DNA of 64,000 nucleotides, from assembly GCA_964035545.1 (NCBI GenBank), contig OZ037768.1:11750741-11814740 (forward strand), in the 5' to 3' direction. Source of the stretch: Bugula neritina (Eukaryota; Animalia; Bryozoa). Made by a program: the position numbers and the translations under genes. Shown in pieces: positions 50,197 to 64,000 of this stretch (position 1 is its first letter; each line of letters begins with the position of its first letter). A model generated the notes under the pieces. That model was not told where the DNA came from and searched no databases. It was given only the letters and a program-made list of their open reading frames with translations.

Positions 50197-53100
50197 ATGA
50201 CGTCTCCGGGTAAAAATAGCAAGTCCTGTTGTAGTAGTTGTAGTAAGTGTTGGAGCTCATTCGTGTCTGTCGCATTCTCAGCTTTAGGGTTAATGATTGC
50301 AATTGTCACATACTCTGTGATTGGTGGACTATTGTTTAAGCATTTGGAGTCAAATAAGGAGAAGGAAGATATAGAAAGAGCTCGTGGGGAAGTAGAAGGC
50401 CTGAAAGCGGTGAGTCAATTTAAAACAGTTAAATATTATTGTAATAAAAAATGTCAAATTGTTACTTTAATAGAATAATCAATGAAGCTGGCAGAAAAAA
50501 AGTTTTTTCATAAAACTAATACACACATGCATCATTTATTTATATAATTCATTTAGGCACTTCTAGAAGACCTATGGAATAAGACTATTGGACTAGATAT
50601 AAAATCAAGATCAAATACACCTAACAGCAGAACTTACTCTGTGGAAAATATTTCAAACTCTCTAAAAAGCAGTTTTGATAGCTTACCTGTAACCACTGCA
50701 ACCCAAGAGCAAGAAGTGAGCTTAGCTAGTACTACATACCCCCCTGCAGGACCACACAACTCCAACTCTACTACACATAGTATACCACTAATAATACACA
50801 TAGAAAAACTAATGTGGATACAGGAAATAGAAAAACTAATTGAAAAACACCAGGAAAAGATCTATAATGAAGTCACAAAAAAAGAAGGTTGGGATGGCAG
50901 AAAAGTTGGTAGCAACATCACTTCAAAATGGGAATTTCCCGAGGCCTTGCTGTATGCGGTATCTGCAATCACTACTATTGGTAAGCCAAATTTTAGACTT
51001 TATTTATGTAAAATGAAGCTATAAATTTGCTTGCAGTACCACTGGTGGTGGATTTCGTGTGTCAATAATTGTTTTTAAACAGGCCAACATAGTTGAGATC
51101 GCAGGCTTTTTATGACAAGACTTGTAAATTGTAAAATCTTAAACTTCAGAGCTGCCAGCAGTCTTATTTGAACATGTTGAAACTTACTGCAAGTTGTCTC
51201 GATTTCAAATTAAGTATAAAAACTATATTTTATACTTGCATCAAATCACGTTAGGAATCTATATTATTTAATGCATGCAAACACAATCATCTGAGGGCAA
51301 CAAAAAATATTAAATATAGCTCATAAGTGCGAAATATGTCTGCCATCTACATCTATATTATACCTACTAAATAAACACGGATTGATGCAGTGATCCCTAC
51401 CTAATGTGAAAGATCAAATTAATAATTAAAGTTAGAGATTTGTAGTGCCTTCTAATTATTACTGTTTATTTCTAAGGTAAATAACATTTAGAGCCTAAGT
51501 ATTATAACAGCATAGGAAATTAATGATATACAATACTAAGTTAACATGTACTAAATATATATAGAAACTCGCAGCTATTGCAGCACTTATGTGTCTTCCA
51601 CTATCACCTGTTCCACCAAAGTTAGTGAGCTTGAGATCTAAAAGACTATAAACAAAAAGAATAATACAGGAATTGTATATTAATTAGGCAAATGTTTTTG
51701 CTTGTGCTAATCAATTTAACTTTATTATAAAAAAGCATAGGGTATTCATACAAATTGAAAATAAATAAAAAACTCATGTGCAACTTGAATGTTTATCTGT
51801 CATACTTCTTGGATCTGCTTATTTATTCCAAAAATATATTATTATGATGCAAATAATTTGCATTTTTTTTAAAAACAAATTTAGCAAAAATAGCAAGTTT
51901 GAGTTTTTATTTACATATTCATTTAAACTCAAAGCCATATGGTGTGTCTACATGGTGTGTTATTTTCAGTCAAATTGTTTTACATAAAACATATATTGAA
52001 AAAAGAAAGTGAAAAAATAATTGCAGCCTTCAGGAGTATTTTTTCAAGGGTGATATAGTAATTGCGATAAATATTTAAATGCCTTTTCTTTGTGCAGTTT
52101 TATTTACACATACGAGATTGACTAAAATGCTGTTCATATTAACTGCCACAAACTATGATCTAAAATATTATTTTAAATTGTAAAAAAGTTATAATTCAAG
52201 CCAAGCAGGTTTATTATAAACATTCTTTTCTATTATTAGCATTATTGTTTTATAGTTAGCCCCAGCCACACCTAGCAACCATGCAGCAATTACTCATCAA
52301 ATAATTGTGTTAAGCTGTAACTATGCATAGCCTTAGCTTTAACCATGCATAGCCTTAGCTATAACCATGCATAGCCTTAGTTGCAATCATTGTGCTTCTC
52401 AGATGCCTGGAAATAAAGTTATTGCCCCAACTTTTATTTAATGCTCTAAAATATTTGATGCTTCAGGCACTTAGCACTGCATAACAAAGTTAATGAGCTC
52501 AGGTCTTATGTAATGTGTATAATTATTAGCTTCAAGTGTGTGGGCAGCACCTCATTATTAGGTTCAGCATCATCATTTAAAACTGCTCAGTCATTGGTTG
52601 AGTGTACAAGTTCTAACTGCAATGAAACACAAAATCCATACTTTTCTAAGCATAGTCAACTGTGTTTCAACTTCGTAGTGAATGCTGAGTATGAGTGATT
52701 GACTACCTGCCCTTAGTTGTATGCTTTCATCTTTCTGTGTTAGGCTATTAACTATCCATATAATTAATTGCACTCTATTGCTGAAAATGTCAAACAGTAC
52801 TTTCTTGGCATAGCAAATTTTTCTTATAAAGTTTATACAGAAATAAACTAGGAACTTCGATGCATTAGCACTAGCTGTAAAGCTTAGAGAGTAAATATTA
52901 GGTAAGGAATTAGAGTACATACGTATGTGCATGATTTTATACGAAATCGTCATAAGAAAATTGTGTTTATTTTTTAGGTTATGGACACGTAACACCAAAA
53001 ACATTAACAGGACAAATGGTCACCATAGTATATTGCATTATCGGGCTGCCTCTGACACTCATGTGCATAGCAAAGTTAGGCCGGGCATTTGCTCTTGCCT

Positions 53101-53996
53101 TCCGTGTCGTCTACCATACATGCTGCTGTGCAATATGCTGCCTAGCCTGTGTCGCCAAGAAGCACAAGCTGAAATATAGGTCACAGAAGCTAGCTAATTC
53201 TGACATCAACGATGCACTAGGCGCTCTGGTTATTGGCAAAAATCGAGAGGAAAACAAATCAAAGTTTCTGAGAGAGAATGAAGGCAACTTCACAACAATA
53301 TCAATATGGCGTGAGATCATTCAAACTAAATATAGCGCAAGTTTGAGACATGACACAACTGTTCCAACTTATCTCTGCCTAATAGTAATGGCTGCATACA
53401 TTGTAGGAGGAGCTTATCTTTTCACAGCTTGGGAAGACTGGTCTTATTTTGAAGGAGCTTATTTTTGTTTTGTTACACTCACAACCATTGGCTTTGGAGA
53501 TTTTGTACCTGGCGTTAACAAGGGCACAGGCGAAAAACAGAATCTTGTTTTATGTGCACTCTACGTCTTGATTGGGTTGGCTCTGATAGGAATGTGCATC
53601 GATTTAATGCAAGTTGATGTTATTAAAAAAGTAAAGTGGATCAGTCAAAAAATTGGACTCTCTAAGCCTAAGCATGTGAAAACCTCATGCGACAAGAAAA
53701 AGGAAAAAGTAGGACTAAAGTTGTCAAGTGAAATACTTCCTCAAACAATTGGCAACAACCAATCATTTTACAGCCATAAGACGCATCATGACCATATAAC
53801 GAGGAGTTTAAGTCATAATTTAGGAGTTACATCGCCATCATCAATTCGTTCCAATAATTTTAGGAACTGTGTTTCTATGCCAAATACGCCTGTGACCATG
53901 AAGGCCTTACAATCAAGACCAAGTGGCTTCTTTCATTTGCCATTATCAACCACTGAGGAGCCTGAACTATCTGATTCTGAGTCTATAATCGCATAG
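50197..53996 (+). CDS. Two-pore-domain (K2P/TWiK family, KCNK18/TWK-18-like) potassium channel
   Basis: Exons 50197-50409, 50557-50980, 52978-53996. M1 YSVIGGLLFKHLE, P1 WEFPEALLYAVSAITTIG|YGHVTPKT, M2 YCIIGLPL, M3 YIVGGAYLF, P2 YFCFVTLTTIGFGDFVP, M4 YVLIGLALIGM. Confidence 0.95.
52322..52380. repeat. 22-bp tandem repeat (ATGCATAGCCTTAG core, three copies)
   Basis: Direct copies in K2P intron 2. Confidence 0.85.
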
Positions 53997-54597
53997 ATGA
54001 GAGTCAACACATTATGACACTGTGTATAAAGTATTTGGAGGCTCTACAACTGATGGTTGTGAGACTGTATTGAAAGTATTTATCAACGTCTCGTAATGAA
54101 ATAGTTTTTTTTAATAATTTCTGAAATTCTTGCCCATGCATATGTGACTCCAGCGCACCAAGCTGACAATTGCAATACCTACAATCCCATATGAACATAT
54201 CACTTATGAGTTATGTTATTTAAATTTCATTTCTTTTATAATTACTTCAATAGCTTTTTTCATAATTGAAAATTCTGTATAAAAGATTGTTATAGTAATT
54301 TTATTATTCATTTAACAATAACAACAATATTATAAACTACAAATAGTAAAATACCATTTTTTTTATTCAGCTGTTAAATGTGCCACAGCTGGCTGCTTTC
54401 AACTGCATATTAAAACATAAAATATATTTGACAAGACTATTTGTATAACTGTAAGTTACATGAGCTACCAGAATAATGCATCAAGCAGTTGGTAAGTTGA
54501 GCAACTCAGTATGTAGCCCGTAGACTTAACTAGCTACAAGTAGATAAGTGGGGGTGGGGGTGGTTGTTGGCTCCAAACAAGAAGGTATATCAGATAC

Positions 54598-57032
54598 TCA
54601 TCTCTTCATTTCACCAAGATCCTCTATCAAATCCTCATCAATCTGATTCAAAAGAACACAATTCTTACGGTACAGCACTGGAAACAAAGTCATTAAATAA
54701 AAGAGCTAATAAAAACTGCAGCATAATACCTTCAGTATATTATTATAGTTTAAACCTTCAACTTCAACTTAAAATAATACTCAACATAAAAAAAAACAAA
54801 AACTATATGACTAAATAATTTATTAATTTACCTGCGGCCATTTCTCAGGCAACACATCAAATAGGTCATCTACAAAGTCACCTTGTATAACTATCTCATC
54901 TTCACCTGTCACTGAGGAACCACACGCGAATCTACCACCTAAAAACTTTCCAGCTGCCTTCACATCTATACCTGCCAACAAACACCATTTATCCTATACT
55001 TAAGTACCATCAAATATTATTATTTAAGTAAACTTCATACACTAGCATTAGAAATCAGCATAATGTTACCATAAACAACCAGCACTAAACTATAGCGTAT
55101 TTTATTTTGATTAAAACAGAACAGAAAAACTTAACTCAACAATGGAAACTGATTACTTTCAAGTCCAACATATTATTGAAGTGGGAGCAACACTTACAGA
55201 GACATACACATGCTGTCATGCACTTGGTGTACTCAGTTACTTGTTAATGAGAAAAATACTAAAGCAGCACTAGCATACTTCAGTATAACTTTATGTTGGG
55301 TTCTTCACTCATTTGGGTAAAAATATGATATCAAAAGAGCTAAATTAAGGCACTTATTTATTGCTCAATTCAATATTTAATCATTAGCAAGAAAGAACTT
55401 AATTTAATTTGTCAGTTATTGCAACTTTTCAGAATAGCATTACACCAGTTTTAAACTAATTAATGCCTTAGCATGCGTAGTGTATAGTAGTGCATACATA
55501 CAGTTCATAACATCTAATATGGTCAGAATTACAGACATTACTAAGTAGATTGAAATGCACTATATTCACTATTACATATGAATGCCAATTCCATCATAGA
55601 AATGCTTATTAAATGATAAACTTATATATATTTCTAGCAATCCCTTTGAAGAGCTCACATTGCTGACTAAAGTGCCAGCATCAGCAGTGTTAGTATTTCA
55701 CAAGCCATTCATCACAGCACTTTGAGTCAACATTTTACACTTTGTCTAATTGTTTTAGCACAGCCCAGTTTGCTGGTAAAACTAGCAGGAAAGAGTCCTG
55801 AGTTAAAACAATTGGTTGGTTCCCCTTATTAACCCTCTTATCTACTGACTGGCCTGGAGCAGTGCCAACAGCATATGCCACACATAGACTACAATTCAGT
55901 TTTGTGTAACCAAATGACAATAATTTCTAAACTATGAGGTCATAGTATAATATTAGGGGGAGACAAATACCAAATGTAGCCAGTCCAGTAACCACGGTAA
56001 CCATTTTACGTTTGCCACGTGGTGCTTTTGATAGTGTTATCCTTTGAGGAGCTTTCTTAGCTTGCACAGTTTTGTGGGCAGCTTTGCCACCTCTTTTCTG
56101 CCTCTTTTTTTCTTCTTTTTCATCAGTTTCTCCTACATCTATATCTAAGAAAACCGAGCAACTCTGTAGGTGCTGCATAACCTTATATATTTTATAATAT
56201 TGAAACGTAAGAGTAATAAACCTATCTTGTGGTTTGCATATGCTACTACTATTCTGATTGAAAGTCAACAGACATTACTCCAAAGCAAAGATTATCACAG
56301 GCAGAGCCATAACATTGCATTTGCCATAGAGCAAACTTTAGAGTTATCTTTTCAGTTATAGCTTCACCCTCAATAACTTTAGATAAGCGAAGAAAGACAA
56401 CTTCATTAGATTAATAATATAATAATAATAATATAAACAGTAGATAATTATTAACTTTATTCAAATGAAATTTGTATAGTGGTATTAATGTTTTAAAATT
56501 GTTTATAGCTCAAGTACCTAATTTCTCGAACTCTTCTGGAAGATGGGTCTGTAGCCATTCTTTACATTTTTCATAATCTGGCCCAAACTCACAATACTCG
56601 GGAGGCATTCCACACCCTGCAATACGAACAAGTCATTACCTAGCACCTTTGTTAAAACATACAATTTACACAACATAAGTTTGCCAACAGTGGAAAAAAT
56701 GAAACAAGAAAAATACTATTAAAGAATATGAGTATTATTTAAAAGCTATAGAATTATAACACATAATGTTTTCACTCCATTTTAGTAACAAATAATATAT
56801 TGAAAAATTATCATGAAATATTTTAAGCACCAAAAATATAGCAGTTACTTTAGTTTAATTTTTAGTAATATGAGTAAATTTTCATACAAATTAAATGAAT
56901 ATAAATGTTAGGTGCAATGCTCTATCTAAAACATTACTTACTGCCGCAGTATGGGACAGAAAGTGGATAAGAGACACCTTCTACAGGTGAGTTAGCAGGT
57001 AGCCACGTACAAACTTCTCCTTCTCCTGCCAT
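54598..57032 (-). CDS. DENR: Density-regulated protein (SUI1-domain translation reinitiation factor)
   Basis: Exons 57032-56942, 56616-56518, 56144-55971, 54971-54832, 54642-54598 give [86 protein letters not shown]. Confidence 0.96.
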
Positions 57033-57499
57033 CTTAAGTATAAAATGGGACTGCATGAAGCATATATGCAGTATCAAAATATGTTGAAATATCTATTTTT
57101 ATGCTTTACATGCATCACGTGAAGTGGTGCTCAAAAGCATGTAATGAATAAAATAAATTAAATAGTTGCTGTCATGTAGCTAGCTAATTGCTAGGTTGCT
57201 TCTGTTACAGCAGTATTTTTCGCTAAAAACATTACTCAACTTGAAAGTTACTCTTAAATCACAAATCTAAATGGTGGCTCATAAAAAATAAAATGCTAAT
57301 GTTTCATCAATATATTCAAAATAATTAAAACAAATAAACTACTCATGCAATGGAGAAATAACCATAATTATACTATACTAAAAGTAATAGTAAAGAGAGT
57401 AAATGTTTATTTATTGGTCATTGCCAATGATTTAGTATTAATTAATGTTATACATATATCTAAAACTTTAGATATAAGACAAATACAGTTATACAATTT

Positions 57500-58370
57500 A
57501 TGGCATAACTACAAGTATTAGTAAAGGTAATTAACTTCAACTTCAAGTCAAAACCATTAAAAAACCAAACTTAAATACTAATTGTTATAACAGTTACATT
57601 TCTACTTTGATATATTAAGTCTAATGTCAATAAAAAGTAATGGTTTTAGCTTAGAGTTAGTGCCTGTGAGAGTAACTTAGTCTTTAATTTACTAAATAAT
57701 TCTAAAAACAAAATTAAAAGGCAAAGTGCGTAATCCACTTACTTAAACTTGAAGTCCAAGTGTAATACTAAGTCAAAGTGAAAGCGAAATTTTCTACTTA
57801 AAGTTAATGGGTTACATTGGTTACTTAAAGTTAAACTTAATTGGTTACATTCGAATGTAAATTGTAATGCACTCTACTTGTAGTACTAGTTAAACTTAAC
57901 GTTAATCATAATCATAATGATAATGTTGACGTTATACTTATGGAGTTATACTTATTCAATTTCATATTGATATTGTCTATTGATATTCAATATTCATATT
58001 GTTAATGTTATTTTAATTCACAACCTGTTATAGTAATTGTGATAATTATAACTATAATAATAAAGTATAGCCATAAATATAACAAATAATAATATTAATA
58101 AAATAACCACAATTACTGCCCAAGTGTCTTAGACTGAGTAACTAAGTCTAACAGTAACTGTAATACTAATTCAATTGCAACTGTAAGACTAAGACTAAGA
58201 CTAAGAGTTAGCAATCAAACTGAAAGTCAAAGTCAATCACAATGAAAATAAGTTTAATTGATCAAAGCTACAACTTAGAGCTTCATAATTGAATGATTGC
58301 CTGTTGTCATTTATCTACAAAGTATAATCACTAGCATTGTCATTGTGATATTCATTAATTACTAAAAGTA
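57500..58370. repeat. Hexamer-periodic tract between the DENR and EPB41L5 start codons
   Basis: ACTTAA/AGTTAA, AGTCAA/AGTGAA, ACTAAG x3 and ATTGAT blocks; weaker continuation near 59150-59400. Confidence 0.75.
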
Positions 58371-58379
58371 AATGTGTAC

Positions 58380-58845
58380 ACCTGTCTGTACAGGCTGTAC
58401 AACAAAGACAAATGATGAAATATACGTCTTATGTAGTTTCTTTACAATACATCCGCTGAAGAGATAGTTGGTTAGCTGTCCTTGACATACGTAGTTAAAA
58501 AAATAAAACTTTATTATAGCAATGCAGTTAAATTTAGATTTTTATTTAAAATTTTAATTTATAGTTAATTTTATTTTATTATAATAAAAAAATTAACAAA
58601 ATAAATTTAAACACAAACAACAACTTTTACCACCTGTATCATGTTTAGGTCTGAGATATCTCTATCAAGGTATTTTTGATCATCGCAGAAAGGTAGCGGA
58701 CAGGAATGAGCAGGTGGTAATTGCTTTTTATTGGCTTCAAATCTGCGATTTTCCAATTACAAATCATTAATGCACCAATATTACTAGCAATTATACATGA
58801 TACTTGGGACTGTTACATTCTTGCAAGCATTAAGAACGGGCCGAT
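58380..58845. promoter_or_regulatory. Probable bidirectional promoter region for DENR and EPB41L5
   Basis: Divergent ATGs 1.8 kb apart; extremely A/T-rich core at about 58500-58620 flanked by mixed-composition segments with candidate donors on opposite strands. TSS positions are not directly visible. Confidence 0.5.
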
Positions 58846-61800
58846 ATGTCAAAGCTTGTGCGTTTTCTTAGTCGTCGTCGTACAGGTAAAGGGATAAAAA
58901 GAGGAATACAGCAACCTGAAAATGATTCGAAAAAGGCCAATAAGAATGTTATAGTGTGCACAGTTATGCTCTTAGATGGAACAGATGTCACGATAGAACT
59001 TCCAGTAAGTATTACCGTACTGCTTGATGTTTCTAAATACAAGAAATGATAATTGATATGTAATACAACTTTTACTTTTAGACGAAAATCATTATTAGTG
59101 GTAAGAAGAAATTTATTATACATATTAGTTACCTACTATATTCTGAAACAGTTTACTCGTAGACTCAGTCTTATGTAGTTGTACTTGTACATGATTAAGA
59201 CAAAGTATATAATAATTAATATGCTTTTACTTTGAGTCCAGTTTGAAGTCTACTTACTGTAATTATAGAATATTTACATCATCAATTATGTATCTAATAG
59301 TAATATCAATAGCCAATACTGATACTCATAAACTTAAAGTAGTTGATATAATAATTATAAATATGATAGTATGTATATTAATAAAGTCCAACTACTAAAG
59401 AGAATGCAAGATGCCTGTCTGGTTAAACACTGCATTCAGAGTTTATATTTTTAATAAAAAATTTCATCAATCAAATTTAATTTAATTTTATTCAAGTTCG
59501 ACTACAAGTACAACTGAGTGACTACATGCATGCTAACTTTCAAATATAGCAACACCTCATAAGCTTATTCATATTGTGTATACACAATACACATGCTATT
59601 TATAATTAACCTGTAGGATATCAATGATGGTCACAAGCAATTTTATTGTTGTATATTTGTCAATTAGTTGGGTGTATTAAGATAGTTTTAGATTGCCATA
59701 ATCAGATTTTGGATGTTTGCTCTCCGTTTTCTTAGACAACTATAAAAATGCCAACTTTCACAGCGTACTTGATGATTATAACAGCTTTGCTATTTTACCC
59801 TTTACACCTGAGTTGATTACACAGCTGTCATTATTATACCGTTAGAATATTATCATAGCACTATGCAGTTGCCAACTCTGTAATAGGTCAAGCGGGTCAC
59901 GAGTGTGCTGGCACTGTATAATAGCAAAGCTGCTCTATATTATCAACATTTGGCAGATCAAGTGTTGATTCAAGCAACTTATCTTGAAATACAAAAACGT
60001 TGAAAATAGAGCAAGCAGGATCATGTAGCCACCTATTCGAATTTGCACTTGGTTTTACTTGGTTAATTTGAAAAAGAGCTCATCAATAAGTTAACACGAT
60101 TTTTGCAACTCTGGGCTTTTAGTTTGGATAGTTGAGCAAAAAATTTCATATTGCATGTGTTTTAGCAAAATTTCTATTACTAGCAAGTAGCAACTAGTTG
60201 GACTACCTTCGAGGTAGACCATATTGAAAGCTGATTAGGAATGTGTTGATGGATCATGACAAAGGGAGTCATTGTTTAGGCAACAATAACCAAGCAAATG
60301 AGTCAAATTATATGTTGCCAATTATTGTACATTGAATTATAAGTGGAGTCTGAATACCACAAATTATCTCCTTTGTAAACAAATATAAAGTCACCATTAT
60401 TAGTCCAACTGAATTACCTCTGCACACTGGTAAGGTTTGCATGTTGCAGTTTTTTTGTCAGTGAGAGTACTTCATGTGGTCTAGACTACATATAGACTTC
60501 AGTGGCATGTGGCAGGCATGTTTTAATTAATACTACTTTGGGGTTAGTTGGGAGAACTGACTAGGTAATTTAAGCTCTGGAGCCCAATATAGGCTAAAGT
60601 TAGTCACTGAAATAATGATAGCATGCCAAGACTGAGAATTTGTTATGCTGGGTACCACATGTTAATGGGGTCAACATGCAATATCTACCTATTTGCCTTC
60701 AGGTGCACCTTAGGAATGTTATTAGCTAATTTGATGACTGTAGATCACCTCCCTAATCTGTAATATAAAATACCGTAGCTGTTGGCTGTTGACAAAGCCT
60801 ATTCATACATAGCAGAGCACTTGTGACGTGGTACAGCTAGTCTGTATCTGAAAGACTGCCGCTCTTTGTGTTCAGTTTATGAATCATTTTGATCAGTGAC
60901 TAATTTCATTGAATCTTATCGTAGTCGCTGCATTTAGTGACATATCCAAAAATATCTGTGAAATATTAGCACTTTATTCATAAAGTTTTGGTAGTAGCAT
61001 TTCTTGGAGGTGATTGGCACTAGTGAAATAGTTATTTATTTCTATGATATTGCTTCTAATTTCAACAACTTGCTTCTCTACTTCGTACTTAGTTGTTAAT
61101 ATGAAATTCCGTAGAGGGTTGTTCAGCTCTTTGAACATGTTGTTCTTCAATCTAGTGATTTAGCACATGATTATAGCATTGAATTTTAATAACTACTCCA
61201 CCCATAGAATCAGTCCAAGATCTAGAATACTAGCTACTACATGTGATTATTGAAATGCAGATGTAGATATAACAACTATGAATTTGACTACAGAATTTTA
61301 CAACTCATCAAATACCATTTTCTTAAGTTACCAGAATTGCATTTTATTCATTTCATTTTGCAATATTAATGAAAGTATTATTAACTCTCTAATCAACATG
61401 TATAAGTTCACAGCTGTGTCCTCTAAAAGTGGATACATCTCTGGTGATCCAAGTGCCAGTGGGTACAAACATCCTATGTGTGAAGTAGAGAACCCCTTAT
61501 GATAAGCCTCTCCCCCATTCTGCCAACATGGTTTGACTACCCAAAGTAACTCCGAAATTATGATTATGATACTCTTCTGACATCACCAATGGCCTTGCTG
61601 GGGTTCGAACCCACAACTTAGCTAAACCACTGGGTACAAGTGCCTTGTTTCTATAATCTCACACGTGATTAGATGTCTCCTTTTTTTGTACATGAAACTT
61701 GGATAAGCCTGAAATCTATTGGCTACGTTTGAACTGTAGTCTGATACTCATGTCCAGGTAATCTGTAGGATCGTTAGAATAGTTTTCTATGAGTGGAAAG

Positions 61801-62442
61801 AAAGTCCAAAGTTGTCTGCTCCTTCCAAGAGAGTTTATCTCCATTTGCTGTGTATTTGCAGAAAGGCTCACTAGGCGATGTGCTGTACCAGAGAGTGTTC
61901 TACCATCTTGATCTGCTGGAAACCAGCTATTTCGGTCTCCAGTATACAGATTCAGGCAATGTAAACGTAAGTAATTACTAATACTGCCATTTAGTTATTG
62001 ATTTTCAATGATTTCCTGATACTAAAGCATCTTAAAATATTTTGGAGAGATTAGATTGTTAGTTCGTTTATTTAAACAGTTCATGTTCATGTAAAGCTAG
62101 CTGTTTTATAGTGATTGCTTTTTCTAGTAACCTAAGTAATTTATTACTAGTTGCTACGACAGTAGCACTATAAGGTGTACAGAGCTCTAAGCTTATACAC
62201 ATTTTGACTGATTGAAGTATAGCTGGAGGGCTTTTCAATAAAAACACTGAACACTCCTATTTGTGAAATTCAATAGTTAGTCGTATAACCTGTTAAATTT
62301 ATTCAGACACCCTGCCTCTGTAAGCATTAGGTTTAATGAGTGGTTAAGTTGAAATGCACACCCTTCTTGGTTATATTAACAGCTACTTGTTTCTTGCAGC
62401 ACTGGCTTGATGCCACGAAAAAGATCAAGAAGCAAGTACAAA
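58846..62442 (+). CDS. EPB41L5: Band 4.1/FERM protein, EPB41L5/yurt-like, 5' part; continues beyond the window
   Basis: Exons 58846-59004, 61862-61966, 62400-62442: RFLSRRR...CTVMLLDGTDVTIELP|KGSLGDVLYQRVFYHLDLLETSYFGLQYTDSGNVN|HWLDATKKIKKQVQ. Confidence 0.88.
61560..61634 (-). mobile_element. Possible tRNA-derived SINE head, degenerate
   Basis: Minus strand CCCAGTGGTTTAGC (A-box-like) followed by GTGGGTTCGAACCCC (B box); the spacing is too short for a tRNA cloverleaf. Confidence 0.4.
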
Positions 62443-64000
62443 GTAAGTGAAAGTGGGTGTGAGATTTTTGGCTCTTTCATTTAGTAGAATTTTTACAATG
62501 GAACATAATATCATGCAGCCAAAATAGTATTACTTGATTATATTATGTTACTACATCTTTCTGATGAGATAAACTAGTGCTGTGCCAACTCTTCGTATTC
62601 CTAGTCTATAGAGCCGGCACGATCATAGAAGTTGAGAAAGACACCAATGTGTCATTACGTTTCCTTAGCCTACCATCTATAAAACATATATTTACTGAAT
62701 AATATTGCAATGTTTCCAACTGCCACAGTAACCAGGGCAGTGTCCCCTGAAGCTGATATAAATATTCCTGAGTAGTTAGTTATTCTTCTAATTAATAATT
62801 TTGTCATTATGGGTTTATGACTAAGCCTGATTAAATTGTCACCATCAAAAGTAATGAAGTCATGAAAACCCTATACAACAGACTCCATTTTGTTTGCCAG
62901 CATGCATCCGCTGTAACAGACTGCATTAAATTGGCAATTGAAAAAGCTGCATTAAATTTACTACCTCCATTTTAAGTTATTATTAAGTTTGCAAAACAAA
63001 TCAGCAGTACTTCTATATTTGAATGTATAGTGTACTTAACAGTTGGTTGTTTACAAAAAACGGAAATAGCTCTATTTTTGGCTGTCCCTGATTAAGCAAC
63101 ATATAATACACTGCAGCCAGCAGATGTGTGTTGCAGAACATAGGAGTTGAAATCAGCTTCGTATGTTAACATAATGCAGTAACTCACTGTGAAGTATGAA
63201 AAGAACTTTCACTGCCAACATCGGCCTGTAAACCTTTCAGTTATATAGAAAGATTAACTGCATAGCCTGCATAGCTTGGTCTCACTGTTTACTTTACTAC
63301 TCAAATGTGCGATTATATTAGCTGAATGCATACCTCTTCAAGTCATAACTCATTTTAAATCTAGATGCATCTAGATTCCGGATGCATTTGCGACTAGGAA
63401 TCTCGTGTCAACTTTTTGGTATATGGGTAAAATCACCAATCTTTCGAGACTATAACTGAGAATAGCCATGTATTTGGAACAAGCCAAGTGTGTCTGGTGA
63501 CTAGTAACTCTACGTTGTATACTAATGTGCCCTTGTATTCACAACTTACTGACCTAAGGCCAAGTGTTTTAGAACTGTAGCTGCAGTACAAACTGTATCT
63601 TCACTCCAGTCTCTACGCTTCAACAAAGTATAATTAAAGCAGAGGGTGTCTAAAGTAGCATTACTGCACCCGGGTGATGCAGCATTGAGTCATAGATGTA
63701 CATTTATAGATAACCTGGAACTAATTTACAATGTATGAGATGCAGCCTCAGTAAGTGTGCTGCTCGAACTGTACATGTGTGATGCTTGTGAAGTGGTACT
63801 TTGTTACTAGACTTGTTGCATGTTGCGATGAATGCCTGCGTAGGCTTTGAGTTTGAATTCATTTAATGAAGTCAAAGATAAATACAATGTTTGGCCTTTA
63901 GTAAACAATAAACTTTGTATGCATGTTATGACTGTATTATTATGTTTGTGAAATGAAAATTTCAAAGCTTTTTCTTAGCATAAGTTTATAAATGATGATT

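Noticed and set aside
61590-61634. tRNA gene
   Set aside because: Only A/B-box-like motifs; the anticodon arm and acceptor stem cannot be formed.

Overview
AT-rich, intron-containing animal (invertebrate-type) genomic DNA; the taxon cannot be fixed from the sequence. Genes in order: 3' part of an oxysterol-binding protein gene (+); two head-to-head P2X receptor genes with intronless CDS (-/+); METTL25B/RRNAD1 methyltransferase (+); a third intronless P2X gene (-); MYRF (+, 22 coding exons); a two-pore K+ channel (+); DENR (-); and the 5' part of an EPB41L5/yurt-like FERM gene (+). Exon boundaries were read by hand from GT-AG sites and reading phase. Most notable signals: (1) a (TA)n-anchored dispersed repeat carrying a complete type I hammerhead ribozyme, present as an inverted pair in METTL25B introns; (2) kilobase-scale, strand-symmetric (A[C/G]T-NNN)n fold-back tracts at the 5' ends of METTL25B, MYRF and DENR/EPB41L5 but not at the P2X or K2P genes; (3) a probably retroposed P2X cluster with a gene-conversion tract and altered TM2/C-terminal motifs; (4) tandem duplications that copy MYRF splice sites.
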